A stretch of 64,000 bases of DNA from positions 480,001 to 544,000 of the forward strand of contig CAVZVA010000010.1 of the NCBI GenBank assembly GCA_963778655.1, in the 5' to 3' direction. Below the pieces are notes generated by a model. That model did no database searches and was not told where the DNA came from. It saw nothing but the letters and a program-made list of their open reading frames with translations. Position numbers and translations under genes: made by a program. This DNA is from an uncultured delta proteobacterium. Its GTDB lineage: Bacteria > Myxococcota_A > Polyangia > Polyangiales > JAFGIB01. Shown piece after piece: positions 1 through 8,411 of the stretch (positions are counted from its first letter, which is position 1; each line of letters starts with the position of its first letter).

Positions 1-1
1 C

Positions 2-1003
2 GTGCACCTCGACCGCCACCATGTCCGCACCGGCGGCGTGCGCGCTCAGGCGCACCTCGTGATCGTCGGCCTCGCCCTCGGGGATCGCCTGGGCCGCGTT
101 GATCAGGAGGTTGAGGAACACCTGCCCGAGCCGTGCCTCGCCGCCGTGGACGTAGGGCAGCTCGTCGTAGTCGCGCACCAGCCGCGCGCGATGGCGCAGC
201 TCGTGCCAGGCCATACGCGCCGCCGAGTCGAGCACCCGCTTGAGCTCGGCGGGCTCCTGCTCGCGCTGGTCAGGACGCGAGAAGAGCTTGAGGTCTCGCA
301 TGATCAAGCGCACGCGCTGGGCCGCGTCGTGCGCGTCGCGCAGCGGATCCTGCAGCTCGCGCAAGCGCTGCAACACCTCGGGCTGGCACAGACCGGGGGC
401 GGCCTCGGCCGGGGGCTCGCTCGGGCGCTCGCAGCGCTCGATCAGCGTGGCGAGCCGCGCATTGGCCCACTCGAGGTTGCCGAGCGCGGCCGCCAGCGGC
501 GTGTTCACCTCGTGCGCCACGCCCGCGGCGAGCGTGCCGACCGAGGCCAGACGCGCAGCCACCACCAGCTGCGCTTTCAGCTCACGCTGCTCGGTGATGT
601 CTTCGATGGTGCCCACGTAGCCGAGCAACGAGGCGCCCTCGCGCATGGGCGCGGCGTGCAGCTGCGTCCACACCAGCCTGTGGCGGTCACGCATGTAGCG
701 CGCGGCCACGCTTAACGACGTGGCTTTTTCGTACGCGCGCCTGCGCTCGGAAAGCACCTGCGGCAGATCATCGGGGTGGACGGTCTGCTGCCAGCCCGTG
801 CCGGCCAGCTGTTGCTGGCTGCGGCCGAGGATCCGCTGCATCGCGGGATTGACGTAGACCACGCCGCGCCCGATCTCGCTGACGTAGATCCCGAGCGGCG
901 CGCACTCGCAGATCGCTCGGAAGCGAGCTTCGCTCCCCCGCAGCACGTCGACCAGGTCGCGCGCGTCGGGCGCGCGCTCCCCTGGTTGCGCCGACTTCCC
1001 CAT
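2..1003 (-). CDS. PAS-domain sensor histidine kinase (3' end runs off the window)
   Basis: Not in the ORF track; translated by hand from ATG at 1003: MGKSAQPG...SEARFRAICECAPLGIY...WQQTVHPDD (PAS)...EDITEQREL...LASVGTLAAGVAHEVNTPL (H-box)...LGQVFLNLLINAAQAI (N-box). Confidence 0.92.
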   Translation of the reverse strand, partial: MGKSAQPGERAPDARDLVDVLRGSEARFRAICECAPLGIYVSEIGRGVVYVNPAMQRILGRSQQQLAGTGWQQTVHPDDLPQVLSERRRAYEKATSLSVAARYMRDRHRLVWTQLHAAPMREGASLLGYVGTIEDITEQRELKAQLVVAARLASVGTLAAGVAHEVNTPLAAALGNLEWANARLATLIERCERPSEPPAEAAPGLCQPEVLQRLRELQDPLRDAHDAAQRVRLIMRDLKLFSRPDQREQEPAELKRVLDSAARMAWHELRHRARLVRDYDELPYVHGGEARLGQVFLNLLINAAQAIPEGEADDHEVRLSAHAAGADMVAVEVH

Positions 1004-1080
1004 GCCCGGGATCAAAGCGGGGACTCCAGCCGAGGTCAAGCCGCCCGCTGCGCAAGCTCGAACGCAGCGGCCCCTAGATC

Positions 1081-1752
1081 CTAGCGCCGGCCGCGCACGA
1101 CGCTACGGCCAGGCCGCTCCGGGTGCACGATGATGACGTGCCGGTACGCCGGATACGGATAGGGAGAGTAGTAGGGTCCCGGATAGAAGCAGTAGGGGTC
1201 GAACGGGTCGCAATAGTAGCGATAATAGGCGTAGGGAGGCCCGTAGTAGTAGGCAGCACGCTGTTCCACGAACGGCGTGTGCTGTACGTAGCTCTGGTCT
1301 GCGCTGGTCATGCCCCAGCGAGCCCGGAACGCGCTCACGTCGTCGGGCGCAATGCCTGCAGGCAGCACGAAATGGAAGCGCAACTCGAGGATGCCCGCGG
1401 GCGCCACCTGGTAGGTGGCGTGCTCCGCCGGCGCGACCTCGGTCAGCAAGCCCTCGCCGGTGCGCACACGGTCGAGCACCACGTCGCCCGGACGCACCAC
1501 GATCGGAGTGCCGCCGGTGTTGTGAAGCTCCAGCCCCAGATGGATCACGGTGCGGTCGCCGGGTCCGCGGTAGGCGCCGCGCGACCAGATCTTGGCCTCG
1601 CCGAAGCGCCCCTTGGCACCGGTGAGGTCATACATCGATTCGCGAAAGCCCTGCTCGGTGATGCCGTGGACACGCTCGGTCGGCTGGAAGTACTGGCGCG
1701 TCGCGGCACAACCGCCCAGCAACAACGCGCTGACCAGAACGAATCGAAGCAT
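1081..1752 (-). CDS. Putative lipoprotein with Tyr/Pro-rich C-terminal tail
   Basis: Internal ATG of ORF 1081..2046 gives MLRFVLVSALLLGGC (lipobox); C-terminus YYYGPPYAYYRYYCDPFDPYCFYPGPYYSPYPY. Confidence 0.75.
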   Translation of the reverse strand: MLRFVLVSALLLGGCAATRQYFQPTERVHGITEQGFRESMYDLTGAKGRFGEAKIWSRGAYRGPGDRTVIHLGLELHNTGGTPIVVRPGDVVLDRVRTGEGLLTEVAPAEHATYQVAPAGILELRFHFVLPAGIAPDDVSAFRARWGMTSADQSYVQHTPFVEQRAAYYYGPPYAYYRYYCDPFDPYCFYPGPYYSPYPYPAYRHVIIVHPERPGRSVVRGRR

Positions 1753-1914
1753 AGCTCGTCCTCCTCGGCGCCCCGCTGGAAACAAGCATACCCCTGCCGC
1801 GTGCACCTGCCAGTGGCTCCGCGCTCCGGGGCGCGCGGAGCTGCGGGCGCGCCCAAGGTCGACCCCGGGCGTGGGCTGCGAAAGGCTTGCAACTCGAGCC
1901 GGGCTAGGCCGATA

Positions 1915-1956
1915 TAGCGGACGTGCACGACGCGATCGATCTGGACGGCGGGCTGC
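1915..1956 (+). repeat. 42-bp direct repeat, copy 1 (recQ start region)
   Basis: tagcggacgtgcacgacgcgatcgatctggacggcgggctgc matches 6489-6530 at 39/42 positions. Confidence 0.9.
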
Positions 1957-3845
1957 AGCGGATGGGCTATGCCCAATTTCGCCCCGGCCAGCGCGAGGCG
2001 ATCGAAACGCTCTTGCGCGGACGCAAGCTTCTACTCGTGGCGCCAACCGGCGAGGGCAAGAGCCTCAGCTATCAGCTGCCGGCGAGCCTGCTGTCCGGCA
2101 CCACGCTGGTGGTCTCCCCTCTCATCTCGCTGATGGCCGACCAGGTGCAGGCATTGCGCGGGCGTGGCGTCGCGGCCACCTATCTGGCCTCGACGCTCGG
2201 CGCCGAGGAAGCGCGGGTACGCATGGCCCGCATCGCGCAGGGCGCCTACAAGCTGGTGTACGTGGCGCCCGAGCGGCTCGCGCTGGCCGGCTCGGCGCGG
2301 CTGCTGGGCGAGCTGCGCTGCCCGCTGCTGGTGGTCGACGAGGCGCACTGCATCAGCGAGTGGGGCCACGACTTCCGCCCCGAGTACATGCAGATCGGCG
2401 CGCTGATCGCGAAGCTGCCGCAGGCGATGGTGCTGGCCTGCACGGCGACCGCCACGCCGGTGGTGCGCGACGAGATCCTGGCGCGCCTGGGGCTGCCGGC
2501 CGACACGCCCCAAGTCCTGCGCGGCTTCGCGCGTCCGAACCTGGCGCTGCGCGCGCTCGAGGTGGGCTCCGCACGCGAAGCCCAGCAGCGGCTCGAAGCC
2601 ATGCTGGCCGAGGCGATCGGCTTTCCGGAGGCGCGCGGGCGCGGCGCGGCCATCGTGTACGCGCCGACGCGCAGGCGCGTGGAGGAGACAGCGCAGCGCC
2701 TGCGCGCGCACAGCCCGCGCGTCGGCATGTACCACGCCGGCCTCGGCGCAGAGGCGCGCGACGCCGCGCAGCGAGGCTTCACCACAGGCGAGCTCGACGT
2801 GCTGGTGGCGACCAACGCCTTCGGCATGGGCGTAGACCGCGCCGACGTGCGCGCGGTGGTGCACCTGGCGCCGCCTGGCTCGATCGAGGCGTACTATCAA
2901 GAGGTCGGGCGCGCTGGCCGCGACGGGCTGCCGGCCTTCGGTCTGCTGCTGGCCTCCGCCCAGGATCTGCCGCTGCGCCGGCGGCTGCTGGAGCGCCCGC
3001 TCGACGAGATCGCGCCGCGCCCCGAGCTGGTGGAGCACAAGTGGCAGCTGTTTCTCGAGCTGATGCGCTGGGTCGAGGGCGGAAGCTGCCGCCACGACGC
3101 CATCCTGCGTTACTTCGGCGACGAGCAGGAAACACTCGCAGGCTGCGGGCGCTGCGACGTGTGCCAGCAGATGGACAGCCCCGAGCCGGAGGCCGGCGAA
3201 GAGGTTTCGCTCGCGGTGCGCAAGGCGCTCAGCGGCATCGCGCGCGTGCATGGCCGCTTCGGCTTGGTGCTGGCGGCCAAGCTGCTGGTAGGGGCGACCG
3301 ACCCGCGGCTCGCGCGCAGCGGGCTCGACGCGGTGCGCACCTTCGGCTCACTGCGCGGCTGGTCGGAGGCGCGCGTGGTGCGGCTGCTGCGACGCTGCGT
3401 CACCGCCGGCTGGGTCTCGTTCAGCGGCGACGAGCGGCCGGTCGTGCTGCTGACCGAGAGCGGCGCGGCAGCCATGCGCGGCGAGCGGCCGATTCGGCTG
3501 CTGCTGCCGCCCGAGCCGGGCACGGGGCGCACGCCCGCGGAGCCGGGCACGCGCGCGCGCCGCGCCCCGCCGGCCGCCGCGCAGACCGAGCTCGACGCGG
3601 ACGCACAGAGGCTGTTCGAGGCCTTGCGCGCCCACCGCCTGGCGCTTGCGCGCAGCGAGGGCGTTCCGCCGTTCATGATCGCCAGCGACCGCAGCCTGCG
3701 CGACCTGTGCCTGCTGCGGCCACGCGACGAGCACGAGCTGCTGGCCGTGCACGGCATCGGTCCGGCCAAGGTCGCGCGCTACGGCGCCGGCCTGCTGCAA
3801 GTGGTGGCGATCGAGCGCACCCGCGCGCGCCCGAGCCCGCCCTGA
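1923..3845 (+). CDS. recQ: RecQ-family ATP-dependent DNA helicase with Zn, RQC and HRDC domains
   Basis: APTGEGKS, VDEAHCISEWGHDFRPEY, VATNAFGMGVD, YYQEVGRAGRDG, CRHDAILRYFG...CGRCDVC, and a C-terminal HRDC-like segment (LFEALRAHRLALARSEGVPPFMIASD). Confidence 0.95.
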   Translation: MHDAIDLDGGLQRMGYAQFRPGQREAIETLLRGRKLLLVAPTGEGKSLSYQLPASLLSGTTLVVSPLISLMADQVQALRGRGVAATYLASTLGAEEARVRMARIAQGAYKLVYVAPERLALAGSARLLGELRCPLLVVDEAHCISEWGHDFRPEYMQIGALIAKLPQAMVLACTATATPVVRDEILARLGLPADTPQVLRGFARPNLALRALEVGSAREAQQRLEAMLAEAIGFPEARGRGAAIVYAPTRRRVEETAQRLRAHSPRVGMYHAGLGAEARDAAQRGFTTGELDVLVATNAFGMGVDRADVRAVVHLAPPGSIEAYYQEVGRAGRDGLPAFGLLLASAQDLPLRRRLLERPLDEIAPRPELVEHKWQLFLELMRWVEGGSCRHDAILRYFGDEQETLAGCGRCDVCQQMDSPEPEAGEEVSLAVRKALSGIARVHGRFGLVLAAKLLVGATDPRLARSGLDAVRTFGSLRGWSEARVVRLLRRCVTAGWVSFSGDERPVVLLTESGAAAMRGERPIRLLLPPEPGTGRTPAEPGTRARRAPPAAAQTELDADAQRLFEALRAHRLALARSEGVPPFMIASDRSLRDLCLLRPRDEHELLAVHGIGPAKVARYGAGLLQVVAIERTRARPSPP

Positions 3846-4001
3846 GCGCAGCAGCACCGCTGTCGGGCATGACGCGGTCACTGGCGGGAATCGGCGACGC
3901 GGCCGCGTTAGCCGGCGCCGGCGGCTTTAGACGCGACGGGCCAACAAGGGTACTGTTAAGCAAAGCATGTCACCTTCAAGTAGCGCTCGGGTTTCTTCTT
4001 C

Positions 4002-5129
4002 ATGATCTTGAGCTCCACTCAGGAAGCCATTCGCGACGCCATCAGTGCCTTCGCGCGCGAGGAGATCGCGCCGCGCTCACGGGCGTTCGAGGCGGCCGGC
4101 GGCTATCCGCAAGAGTTGTTCTCGCGCATGGCAGCGCTGGGCCTGATGGGCATGACGGCGCCCGAGAATTTCGGCGGCGCGGCTGCGGACTATGTGTCCT
4201 ACGCGCTTGCGCTGATCGAGATCGCCGCAGCGGACGGCGCCCTGTCCACCGTCTTATCAGTGCAAAACAGCCTCATCGTCTCAGGCCTTCTGAAGGACGG
4301 GACCCCCGCCCAGCAGAAGCGATTCCTACCAGATTTGATCGCGGGTCGCATGATCGGCGCCTTCGCTTTGACGGAGGCGGACGCCGGATCGGACGCGGCG
4401 GCTATCCGCACGCGAGCATCGAAGACCAACGGGGGCTATGTTCTGAACGGCGCGAAGCAATTCATCACTTCGGGCCAGATCGCCGGCCTTGCGATCGTGA
4501 TCGCCGTCACCGATCCCGAGGCAGGAAAGAAGGGCATGTCCGCCTTCCTCGTCCCGACGGACCGGCGCGGCTACATCGTGGAGAAGGTCGAGCACAAGCT
4601 CGGGCAAGTCGCCTCCGACACCTGCGCGATCCGCTTCGATGATTTGCTCCTGCAGGACGATTTGCGTCTTGGCGCCGAGGGTCATGGCTATCGCATCGCG
4701 CTTTCCAACCTCGAGGCTGGGCGGATCGGCATCGGCGCACAGTGCGTGGGTATGGCACGTGCCGCCCTGGACATTGCGGTCGCGTACGCGAAGGAGCGCC
4801 GATCGATGGGCAAGCCGATCATCGAGCACCAAGCGGTCGGCTTCCGTTTGGCCGACCTCGCCACGCGGCTGCAAGCGGCGCGCCAAATGGTCCTCCATGC
4901 CGCCGCCTGCAAGGATGATGGGCGACCTTGTCTGACCGAAGCGTCAATGGCCAAGCTCTTTGCATCCGAAGTTGCCGAGGCCGTTTGTTCGGGCGCGATA
5001 CAAACGCTGGGCGGCTACGGCTATTTGGAGGACTTCGGAGTGGCGAAGATCTATCGGGATGTGCGGGTCTGCCAGATCTATGAAGGCACATCGGATATTC
5101 AACGCATGGTCATCGCGCGGGCGTTATAG
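4002..5129 (+). CDS. Acyl-CoA dehydrogenase
   Basis: FALTEADAGSDA, LNGAKQFITSG, GRIGIGAQCVG, IQTLGGYGY, RDVRVCQIYEGTSDIQRMVIAR. Confidence 0.95.
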   Translation: MILSSTQEAIRDAISAFAREEIAPRSRAFEAAGGYPQELFSRMAALGLMGMTAPENFGGAAADYVSYALALIEIAAADGALSTVLSVQNSLIVSGLLKDGTPAQQKRFLPDLIAGRMIGAFALTEADAGSDAAAIRTRASKTNGGYVLNGAKQFITSGQIAGLAIVIAVTDPEAGKKGMSAFLVPTDRRGYIVEKVEHKLGQVASDTCAIRFDDLLLQDDLRLGAEGHGYRIALSNLEAGRIGIGAQCVGMARAALDIAVAYAKERRSMGKPIIEHQAVGFRLADLATRLQAARQMVLHAAACKDDGRPCLTEASMAKLFASEVAEAVCSGAIQTLGGYGYLEDFGVAKIYRDVRVCQIYEGTSDIQRMVIARAL

Positions 5130-5138
5130 GAGCTCATC

Positions 5139-6324
5139 GTGTCAAGTGATCCAATCGTCATCGTTTCGTACGCCCGCACTCCCATGGGCGGCTTGTCAGG
5201 CGTCCTCGGAAGCGTCAAGAGCACGGAGCTCGGCGCAACCGCGGTGCGCGCCGCGTGCGAGCGCGCCGGCGTTTCCGGAGATCGAATAGAGAAGATCTAC
5301 ATGGGCTGCGTGTTGGCGGCCGGGCTTGGACAGGCACCGGCGCGCCAAGCGGCGCTTGGTGCCGGGCTTCCGCTTTCGGTTGAGGCCACGACCATCAACA
5401 AGATGTGCGGAATCGGGCATGCAGGCCGCCATCATGGCGTATGACTCGCTCGCGACCGGTTCGGCGGACGTCGTCGTGGCAGGAGGCATGGAGAGCATGT
5501 CCAACGCGCCGTATCTGTTGGCCAAGCATCGCGGCGGCGCGCGCATCGGTCACGACGTTGTGAAGGACTCCATGTATCTCGACGGCCTCGAGGACGCCTA
5601 CACGCAAGGCAAGCTGATGGGCGCATTCGCAGAGGATTCGGCGCGCGCCTATGGGCTCACGCGGGAAGCTCAGGACGCCTTCGCGGTTCAATCGTTGACG
5701 CGCGCGCAGACAGCCATCAAGACCGGCGCCTTCAAGCGCGAGATCGTGCCTGTCATGGTCCGGGGCCGCGGCGGCGACGTTACGGTCGTGGAGGACGAGC
5801 AACCGGGAAAGGCGCGGTTCGACAAGATTCCGCAGCTCAAGCCCGCTTTCGCCAAGGACGGTACGATCACGGCCGCAAATTCTTCGTCGATTTCCGACGG
5901 CGCCGCTGCCCTGGTGCTGGCGCGTGCGAGCATCGCCGAGAAGCTGGGTCGGAAACCAATTGCACGCTTCGTGGCGCAAGCCTCGCACGCCCACGAGCCC
6001 GGTCTGTTCACCACCGCCCCGGTTCCTGCGATCCGCAAGCTTCTGGGGAAGGCCGGCTGGTCCAAAGAGGACGTGGATCTCTGGGAAGTGAACGAAGCTT
6101 TCGCGGCGGTCGCGATGATCGCCATGCGCGATCTGGACATCCCGCACCAGAAGTTGAACGTGAATGGTGGGGCTTGCGCGCTCGGTCATCCGATCGGCGC
6201 CAGCGGCGCTCGCATCGTCGCCACCCTGCTGAGCGCGATGGAAGCACGAGGCGCAAAGCGTGGCGTGGCGAGTCTGTGTATCGGCGGCGGCGAGGCGACC
6301 GCCATGGCCGTGGAGCTAATCTAG
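5139..6324 (+). pseudogene. Acetyl-CoA C-acyltransferase (thiolase) split by a +1 frameshift (real or sequencing error)
   Basis: ORF 5139..5444 encodes the N-terminus up to TINKMCG. The ORF ending at 6324 encodes SGMQAA...NEAFA...GHPIGASGARI...LCIGGGEA. An extra A at 5411/5412 (tgc gga A tcg ggc atg) breaks NKMCGSG. Confidence 0.85.
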
Positions 6325-6488
6325 AGCACCGAACATAGTGAAACACGCACGATTTCGGGGCCCTCGCGGGCGCGTGGCACGCGCGCTCCCCGCTCGACGT
6401 AGGATGGACTACGCCTTCGGGCTCCCGCCCGCACCCTGCATCCCGCCATGACCCCGACTTCGCACACGTTTCAATATGTTCGGTGCTC
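6324..6488 (+). mobile_element. MITE, copy 1 (165 bp, terminal inverted repeats, TA duplication inside CTAG)
   Basis: Left ctagagcaccgaacatagtgaaac and right gtttcaatatgttcggtgctctag form a 23/24 inverted match including the CTAG. No ORF. A near-identical inverted copy lies at 26256-26420. Confidence 0.88.
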
Positions 6489-6530
6489 TAGCGGACATGC
6501 ACGACACGCTCGATCTGGACGGCGGGCTGC
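6489..6530 (+). repeat. 42-bp direct repeat, copy 2 (remnant of recQ 5' end)
   Basis: tagcggacatgcacgacacgctcgatctggacggcgggctgc would encode MHDTLDLDGGL, versus RecQ MHDAIDLDGGL. Confidence 0.9.
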
Positions 6531-6612
6531 GGCGCGCGGCCTCGCGCAACGCCGCAAACGCACCTGTCGCGCGCCAAAGACGCCGGGAACGGGTTTTGAG
6601 ATCGGCTCTAAT

Positions 6613-6708
6613 GGCTTTGCCTCGCGCACAGGGAGTCGGCGCGACTCCCTGACAATCAAAGGAGAGATCAGCGTGTGTGATTCGATCCCGAATCGCGAGC
6701 TCTGATTT
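6613..6708 (+). repeat. 96-bp palindromic dispersed repeat (family B), copy 1
   Basis: Reverse complement of 27784-27879 with a few substitutions. Contains a perfect 10-bp hairpin cagggagtcg-gcg-cgactccctg and a second long hairpin ending ctctgattt. Confidence 0.88.
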
Positions 6709-6711
6709 AGC

Positions 6712-7677
6712 ATGCCGGAGCCGCCCACCTGCCGCTGGCCGGAGCCGCTCGACGCGGTGCTGCGCGAGCCGGCTGCGCGCGTGCTGCAACGCGCCTGGCC
6801 GGCGCTGCAGCCGTGGCTCGCGCAGCAGGCGTTCGGCGACACCCTGCGCGAGGCGCTCGAGCCGCTCTACGTGCCGCTGGCCGGCTGGCTCGCCACCCGC
6901 AGGCAGCGCCAGGGCACCCCGCTGATCGCCGCGATCGCGGGCGCGCAGGGCTCGGGCAAGTCGTCACTGGCCGCGCTGCTGCAGCCGCTGCTGCGCGAGG
7001 GGCTCGGGCTGCGGGCGACGGCACTTTCGCTCGACGACCTGTACCTCACGCGCGCGCAGCGTGCGCGGCTCGCGCGCGAGGTCCACCCGCTGCTGGCCAC
7101 GCGCGGGTTGCCGGGCACCCACGACGTGGCGCTCGGCCTGCGCGTGCTCGATGCGCTGCGCGATGCCGCCCCGGGCGAGCGCGTGCGCGTGCCGCGTTTC
7201 GACAAAGCGCGCGACGAGCGCGTCGAGCAAGCGCGCTGGCCGGTGTGGCGCGGGCCGACCGACCTGGTGCTGTTCGAGGGCTGGTGTCTGGGCGCCGAGC
7301 CAGAGCCGGAAGCCGCCCTGCAGCAGCCACTCAACGCCTTCGAGCGCGAGCAGGATGTGGACGGCCGCTTCCGGCGCCACGTCAACGCCCAGCTCGCCTC
7401 GTCCTACCGGCCGCTCTTCGCGCGGCTCGACGCGCTGATCTTCCTGGCGGTGCCCGATATGGCCTGCGTGCGGCGCTGGCGGGGGCGGCAGGAGCAGCAA
7501 CTGGCTGCGCGCGCGCCCGACGCGCCGGGGTTGATGGACGCGCAGCAGCTGGAGAGCTTCGTGCAGAGCTTCGAACGCATCAGCCTGCGCATGCTCGAGC
7601 AGACGCCGGCGCACGCGCAAATCGTGCTGCGGCTCAACCACGCGCACCACTTCGGCGCGCTCGAGCTCCACGGGTAG
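6712..7677 (+). CDS. P-loop kinase, D-glycerate 3-kinase (GLYK)-like
   Basis: IAGAQGSGKS, LSLDDLYL, TRGLPGTHD, PRFDKARDER, LFEGWCLG. Confidence 0.85.
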   Translation: MPEPPTCRWPEPLDAVLREPAARVLQRAWPALQPWLAQQAFGDTLREALEPLYVPLAGWLATRRQRQGTPLIAAIAGAQGSGKSSLAALLQPLLREGLGLRATALSLDDLYLTRAQRARLAREVHPLLATRGLPGTHDVALGLRVLDALRDAAPGERVRVPRFDKARDERVEQARWPVWRGPTDLVLFEGWCLGAEPEPEAALQQPLNAFEREQDVDGRFRRHVNAQLASSYRPLFARLDALIFLAVPDMACVRRWRGRQEQQLAARAPDAPGLMDAQQLESFVQSFERISLRMLEQTPAHAQIVLRLNHAHHFGALELHG

Positions 7678-7798
7678 CACAATCCTCCCGATCGGAGCGC
7701 CACGGCCGTGCCTCGTTGCTTTGGCTTTGCACCGAGGGCGATTCCCCGGTTTAATCGGGCAGCAGCTTCTGTTCGAACCCGAGCCCGGGAGGAGAACG

Positions 7799-8392
7799 AT
7801 GTGGATAGCGATTGGATTCATCGCAGCGCTGGTTTTACTGGCGCTGTTCGTGGTCGGCACCTACAACGGCCTGGTCGGCAAGCGCAATCGCTACAAGAAC
7901 GCGTATGCCCAGATCGACGTGCAGCTCAAGCGCCGCTACGACCTGATCCCGAATCTGGTCGAGACGGTCAAGGGCTACATGAAGCACGAGCGTGAGACGC
8001 TCGAGAACGTGATCAAGGCGCGCAACATGGCCTATACCGCGGCCCAGGGCGCGGCCCAGAACCCCGGTGACCCGACCGCGATGAAATCACTGGCCAGCGC
8101 CGAGGGGCAGCTGTCGGCGGGTCTGGGCCGGCTGCTGGCGCTGAGCGAGTCCTATCCGGACTTGAAGGCGAGTCAGAACATGCGCGACCTGACCGAGGAG
8201 TTGACCTCGACGGAGAACAAGGTCGCCTTCGCGCGCCAGGCCTACAACGACGCGGTCACGAGCTTCAACACCGCAATCCAGGTGTTTCCCGCGGTGATGT
8301 TCGCCGCGATGTTCGGTTTCAGCTCGGCCGCGCTACTGGAAGCGACCGAAAGCGCCGAGGAGCGCAAGGCGCCCAAGGTGGCCTTCAGCTGA
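7799..8392 (+). CDS. lemA: LemA family protein
   Basis: GGAG RBS before ATG 7799; N-terminal TM; YNGLV...IDVQLKRRYDLIPNLVETVKGY...ESYPDLKA...ENKVAFARQAYND. Confidence 0.95.
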   Translation: MWIAIGFIAALVLLALFVVGTYNGLVGKRNRYKNAYAQIDVQLKRRYDLIPNLVETVKGYMKHERETLENVIKARNMAYTAAQGAAQNPGDPTAMKSLASAEGQLSAGLGRLLALSESYPDLKASQNMRDLTEELTSTENKVAFARQAYNDAVTSFNTAIQVFPAVMFAAMFGFSSAALLEATESAEERKAPKVAFS

Positions 8393-8411
8393 GCTTGGGC
8401 TCCGCGCGGGC

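Noticed and set aside
2..715. 237-aa + strand ORF at the window start
   Set aside because: It is the antisense shadow of the minus-strand histidine kinase.
1592..4642. 1016-aa ORF and many other long Arg/Ala/Gly-rich ORFs in the track (e.g. 20370..22541, 36486..38744, 54030..55781)
   Set aside because: These are shadow frames of real genes in high-GC DNA. They carry no motifs and overlap well-supported CDSs.
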